Shown piece after piece: positions 60,522 through 64,000 of a stretch of DNA of 64,000 nt (position 1 is the stretch's first letter; every line of letters begins with the position of its first letter). Location: positions 3,360,001 to 3,424,000 of the forward strand of contig OY970067.1 of NCBI GenBank assembly GCA_963705305.1, in the 5' to 3' direction. A program made the position numbers and the translations under genes. Source of the stretch: an uncultured Methylomirabilota bacterium. GTDB taxonomy: Bacteria > Methylomirabilota > Methylomirabilia > Methylomirabilales > 2-02-FULL-66-22. The notes beneath the pieces were generated by a model. The model was not told where the DNA came from and made no database searches. It saw nothing but the letters and a program-made list of their open reading frames with translations.

Positions 60522-61685
60522 ATGGATTTGCTAGAGGGCCCTCTGGTTCGCCTATTTCGCATGGTGAAGGCGTGCGACCGGCGGCGCACGGAGCTGGGGT
60601 GTCTCGACCGGGCGCAGGTTCATCGGATCCTGATGGTCTCTTCCACCGGGATCGGGGACGCGCTCTTTTCCACGCCCGCCATCCGGGCGATGCGAGAGGC
60701 ATATCCGGATGCCTACATCGCCGGCATGTTCCGCCACCGGCATGCAGGTCTCTTCCGGAACAACCCGCACCTGGATGCCGTGATCCCGTACTACGGCAAA
60801 TACCGCCGGGTGCTGAGGACGGTCGCGGCGCTTCGGCGTGAGCGATTCGATGTGGCGGCGATCGTGCACGGGAACGATCCGGACATCATCCCTCTCGCCT
60901 ATCTCTCGGGTGCCCGATTTGTTGTGAGGATTCCGAATGAGTCCACGCGGTTCCGGTTCCTGCTGTCCAACCCGGCCCTGACGCCGGCGAACGGCCCCCT
61001 GCCGGGTCAGCACGTCCTGGACGGCCGGCTGCGCATCGCGCGGCTCTTGGGGGCGTGGGCCGATCATCGGGAGATGGTCCTGAAGGTCGACCCGGCATCG
61101 GCGGAGGCCGTGGCGACCTATCTGGAGGACCGGGGGATACGGCCGGAGGATGGCCTGGTGGGTTTCCAGGTCGGGGCGTCCACGCCGAGCCGGATGTGGT
61201 TCGGAGAGAAATTCGCCGAGCTTGGACGCCGCCTCCTGAAGCGGCATCCTGGGCTGCGCGTCGCCATCACGGGCTCCCCCGAGGAAGGTGAATACTGCCG
61301 GATGGTGGCTCGGGCGATAGGGGACGATCGCCGTGTTCTGGTGACAGCGGGGGATCTCAGTCTGCCCCAGGCGGCGGCGCTGGTGGATCGGCTGTCGGTG
61401 CTGGTCGCCTCCGACACGGGCACGCTGCACATGGCCGTCGCCCTCGGGCGGCCCGCGGTCGCCCTCTATGCCATGGCCGATTCGCGGATCACGGGTCCCG
61501 ATCCGTCGGACCCCCGCTACCGGATCATTCAGAAGTGGAGGACGTGCGACCCCTGTGTCGGGAAGGCCTGTCCGTTCCCCATCTGCATGGGAAACATCAC
61601 GGTGGATGAAGTGGAGGCCGCCGTGGGGGAACTCTTGGAGGGCGCCGCGGTTGCCGCCGATCCGCGGGTGAGGGGCCCCGCATGA
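60522..61685 (+). CDS. Glycosyltransferase family 9
   Basis: ILMVSSTGIGDALFSTP, GFQVGAS, SDTGTLHMAVALG, CDPC...C...CM. Confidence 0.92.
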   Translation: MDLLEGPLVRLFRMVKACDRRRTELGCLDRAQVHRILMVSSTGIGDALFSTPAIRAMREAYPDAYIAGMFRHRHAGLFRNNPHLDAVIPYYGKYRRVLRTVAALRRERFDVAAIVHGNDPDIIPLAYLSGARFVVRIPNESTRFRFLLSNPALTPANGPLPGQHVLDGRLRIARLLGAWADHREMVLKVDPASAEAVATYLEDRGIRPEDGLVGFQVGASTPSRMWFGEKFAELGRRLLKRHPGLRVAITGSPEEGEYCRMVARAIGDDRRVLVTAGDLSLPQAAALVDRLSVLVASDTGTLHMAVALGRPAVALYAMADSRITGPDPSDPRYRIIQKWRTCDPCVGKACPFPICMGNITVDEVEAAVGELLEGAAVAADPRVRGPA

Positions 61686-62443
61686 GGGGGGAGACGGGAT
61701 CCGTGAGGATGGGTGCGGCGCGGATCGAGGAGGAGCTGGCCGGGCTGGATCGAGACTTCCCGCTGCCCGGGGGGGACGCCGAGATGGCGTGCCTGCGGCG
61801 AAAGCTCCCGGGCCTCCTCTGGGCCTGCGGTCGCATTGCGTCCCGCTGTCCAAGGGACGGGCGCGTGCTGTGTCTGGAGTGCGAGTCCGGCTACGTCGAG
61901 ATCCTGCTGAAACGCCATTACGGGTTCCGGTCGATTGTCGGGCTCTCCAGCCGGCTGTCCCCGGAGATGATCCGCCGGTTGGCGGCCTTCGGCATCCCGC
62001 TGCTGGACTGGGGGATGGCGGAGGGGCCCATCCCCGAAGCAGCGGGAGGCGCCGCGGGGATTGTGATGCCGCGGGTATCCGAGCAGATGGGCCCCGGTCT
62101 CCTCCATGTACTCAAGGAGTGCCGGCGCGCTCTGGCGACCGCCGGTGTTCTGATCCTGGGGACATCGAACGTGGTTGAGTTCGTGGGCTGGGCCGCGTCG
62201 GGCAGGGGGCACCGCACGACCTGGTTCCGGGACGGATCCCGGATGTTCGGCACAGAACGGCTGCGGCAAGATCGCCGAGGCGAGCCGAGCGAGCGGGAGC
62301 TGGCGGTCCTTCTGGGGGAGGCCGGTTACCTCATCGACGAGGCGCGCCTGGTGCGGGATGCCTTGCGGATGTCGGCGAGGCTCGGTATCGGCCCTTGGTC
62401 GCGCATGGGGTGGCACATGTATTTTGTCGCCCGCCCCGGCTAG
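61682..62443 (+). CDS. Divergent class I methyltransferase-like protein
   Basis: ATGA-coupled. RVLCLECESG (degenerate motif I), VLKECRRALATAGVLILGTSN (cf. LKExxRVLKPGGxLxxxxPN), C-terminal YFVARP. Confidence 0.55.
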   Translation: MRGETGSVRMGAARIEEELAGLDRDFPLPGGDAEMACLRRKLPGLLWACGRIASRCPRDGRVLCLECESGYVEILLKRHYGFRSIVGLSSRLSPEMIRRLAAFGIPLLDWGMAEGPIPEAAGGAAGIVMPRVSEQMGPGLLHVLKECRRALATAGVLILGTSNVVEFVGWAASGRGHRTTWFRDGSRMFGTERLRQDRRGEPSERELAVLLGEAGYLIDEARLVRDALRMSARLGIGPWSRMGWHMYFVARPG

Positions 62444-62501
62444 CAGGCCGGGAGCGGATTTGGTATTCGAGGACTGCATCGGAGGGAGCCAGAATAGGCC
62501 G

Positions 62502-63725
62502 ATGAATCGCGCGCACGTGGTCGTCCTGGACACCGGAAAAGAGTGGGGAGGCGGCACCAACAGCCTTCTGGAGCTGCTCAGGGGCATTGACAAGGCAAGG
62601 TATAGGTTTACTTGTGTATTCTACGATGACTATCGCCAGGGCCGGGACGGCGCGAGGATCAGCGAGAGGGTTGCGGAAACGGGAGCGTCCTTCGAGAGGT
62701 TACCTCGCCGCCCACAGTCGCTGTCGGTCAAGCTGTTGAAGGAGTGCCTCCGGGCTTTCCTTTTCTTCAGCAGGAGACTCGCGCGCCGAGCCGTCTTCCG
62801 TGTAGACTATTGGTTTCGCATCCGGCAGGATGCGAGGCGGCTGTCGGAGATCCTGTGCCGGCACGCCCCTCAGTTACTGTACATGAACAATCAGCCGTCT
62901 TCCAATCTGGAAGGCATTCTGGCGGCGCAAGCCCTCGGCATTCCTGCTGTGCAGCATGCACGCATCGAAGCGACGTTAAATCCCTGCGAGGTGCGGGCCG
63001 CCAATAAGGGACTGTGCGGAATCATCGCCGTGTCGGAGGGTGTCAGACGCAGTTTGGTGGAGCAGGGCATTGATCCAACCAAGTGCGTGGTCGTCCATAA
63101 TGGGATCGCGACGGATACCGTACCCCCCATTCCGCCGGCGGTTGTCCGGGCTCGATGGGGGATCGGGGAGGGCGAGCTGGTCATCGGGACGGCAGGCTCT
63201 CTGATTCGCCGCAAGCGGATCGCCGATCTCATCGACGTTGTCGCGGCACTTATTGCCAGCGGCCATCCGTCGATCCGGTGCGTGATTGTCGGTGAGGGGA
63301 CCGAGCGAGAAAATCTGTCCGCGCACGTGGGGCGCTGTGGCCTTGCGGACACGGTCATCTTTACGGGCTTTCAACCCGATGCCATTTCGTATATCAACTC
63401 GTTTGATATGTTTGCCTTCCCTTCCGAGCGGGAAGGGTTTGGGCGGGTGATCCTGGAGGCCATGCTGATGGCGAAACCGGTCGTCGCATCGGCTGTGCGC
63501 GGGCCGTCCGAGCTTGTTGTGGACGGGGAGACTGGCTTTCTCGTGCCGGTTGGGGATGCCGAGGCTTGGCTGGATGCGTTACGGCGCCTGGCTGCGGATG
63601 CGGGGCTGCGAAAGCAGATGGGCGCCGCAGGCCGGCAACGGGTCGTGGACAACTTTTCCATCGACCGGTACGTCGCCGGAGTGGAGGCGACGCTGGCGCG
63701 AGTCCTGGCATCCCCCGCGGGCTAG
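62502..63725 (+). CDS. Glycosyltransferase family 4
   Basis: LDTGKEWGGGTNSL, VSEGV, VVHNGI, GSLIRRKR, PSEREGFGRVILEAM, GETGFLV. Confidence 0.92.
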   Translation: MNRAHVVVLDTGKEWGGGTNSLLELLRGIDKARYRFTCVFYDDYRQGRDGARISERVAETGASFERLPRRPQSLSVKLLKECLRAFLFFSRRLARRAVFRVDYWFRIRQDARRLSEILCRHAPQLLYMNNQPSSNLEGILAAQALGIPAVQHARIEATLNPCEVRAANKGLCGIIAVSEGVRRSLVEQGIDPTKCVVVHNGIATDTVPPIPPAVVRARWGIGEGELVIGTAGSLIRRKRIADLIDVVAALIASGHPSIRCVIVGEGTERENLSAHVGRCGLADTVIFTGFQPDAISYINSFDMFAFPSEREGFGRVILEAMLMAKPVVASAVRGPSELVVDGETGFLVPVGDAEAWLDALRRLAADAGLRKQMGAAGRQRVVDNFSIDRYVAGVEATLARVLASPAG

Positions 63726-63743
63726 GGGAGAAGGGGTTCCGCG

Positions 63744-64000
63744 GTGTTGTACGTCGTGCTCACATGGCTTGCCTGGCCGATCCTCCAGATGCGGGTGCGC
63801 CGCCGGGCGGCGAGCGGCCCCGGGAGAGCCGAGCGCTTTCTGGTCGTTCAGACGGCCAAGATCGGGGATCTGGTGTATGCCACGCCTCTCTGGCGCGCCA
63901 TCAAGGCAGCGTGTCCGGATGCGCAGGTGACTCTGCTGGCGCACCCCGCGGCTGCCCCGCTCGTGGCGGCGGACGGCCGGCTGGAAGCGATTCTCACGGT
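63744..64000 (+). CDS. Glycosyltransferase family 9 (3'-truncated by window edge)
   Basis: Manual translation from GTG 63744: MLYVVLTWLAWP...RFLVVQTAKIGDLVYATPLWRAIKAACPDAQVTLL, a typical GT9 N-terminus. The frame stays open to the window end. Confidence 0.85.
   Translation, partial: MLYVVLTWLAWPILQMRVRRRAASGPGRAERFLVVQTAKIGDLVYATPLWRAIKAACPDAQVTLLAHPAAAPLVAADGRLEAILT

Overview
This is a 64-kb stretch of a high-GC (roughly 65-70% by eye) diderm bacterial genome in which almost all genes lie on the + strand. The gene style and intergenic repeats are reminiscent of Ca. Methylomirabilota/Rokubacteria; that assignment is inference only. There are three blocks. (1) About 1-19.8 kb is an accessory-looking stress/fermentation region: UPF0182, a 201-bp MITE with IS50/Tn5-like ends and a 9-bp target-site duplication, DUF2934, an orphan Pal, a tandem OB-fold secreted protein, a PRC-barrel/MamS-like OB-fold fusion, a Cys-rich small protein, HtrA, a sugar ABC transporter lacking its ATPase, phosphoketolase, a histidine phosphatase, a P3A-type H+-ATPase, an M50-CBS protease, a USP and a glgX 5' remnant. 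(2) About 20-38.5 kb holds housekeeping and signalling genes: HAD, RmuC, an antiporter, a RodZ-like/CDF/histidine kinase/sigma54-activator operon, EamA with a candidate RxPP leader peptide, a kinase-less REC/REC/Hpt cluster, an epimerase, a GGR-family reductase, Gfo/Idh/MocA, TrpB2, NYN and a double-REC protein. (3) About 38.7-64 kb is a nucleotide-sugar and LPS-core region: PMM/PGM, split ManC, gmd, ugd, uxs, rfaE1, kdsB-pyrG-kdsA, msbA, four GT9, four GT4, a GT2, a deacetylase and methyltransferases. I recognised no rRNA, tRNA, CRISPR array or intact transposase. Two clear 1-nt frameshifts (EamA, GT4) may be sequencing errors. All calls come from motif recognition by eye; no database searches were run.
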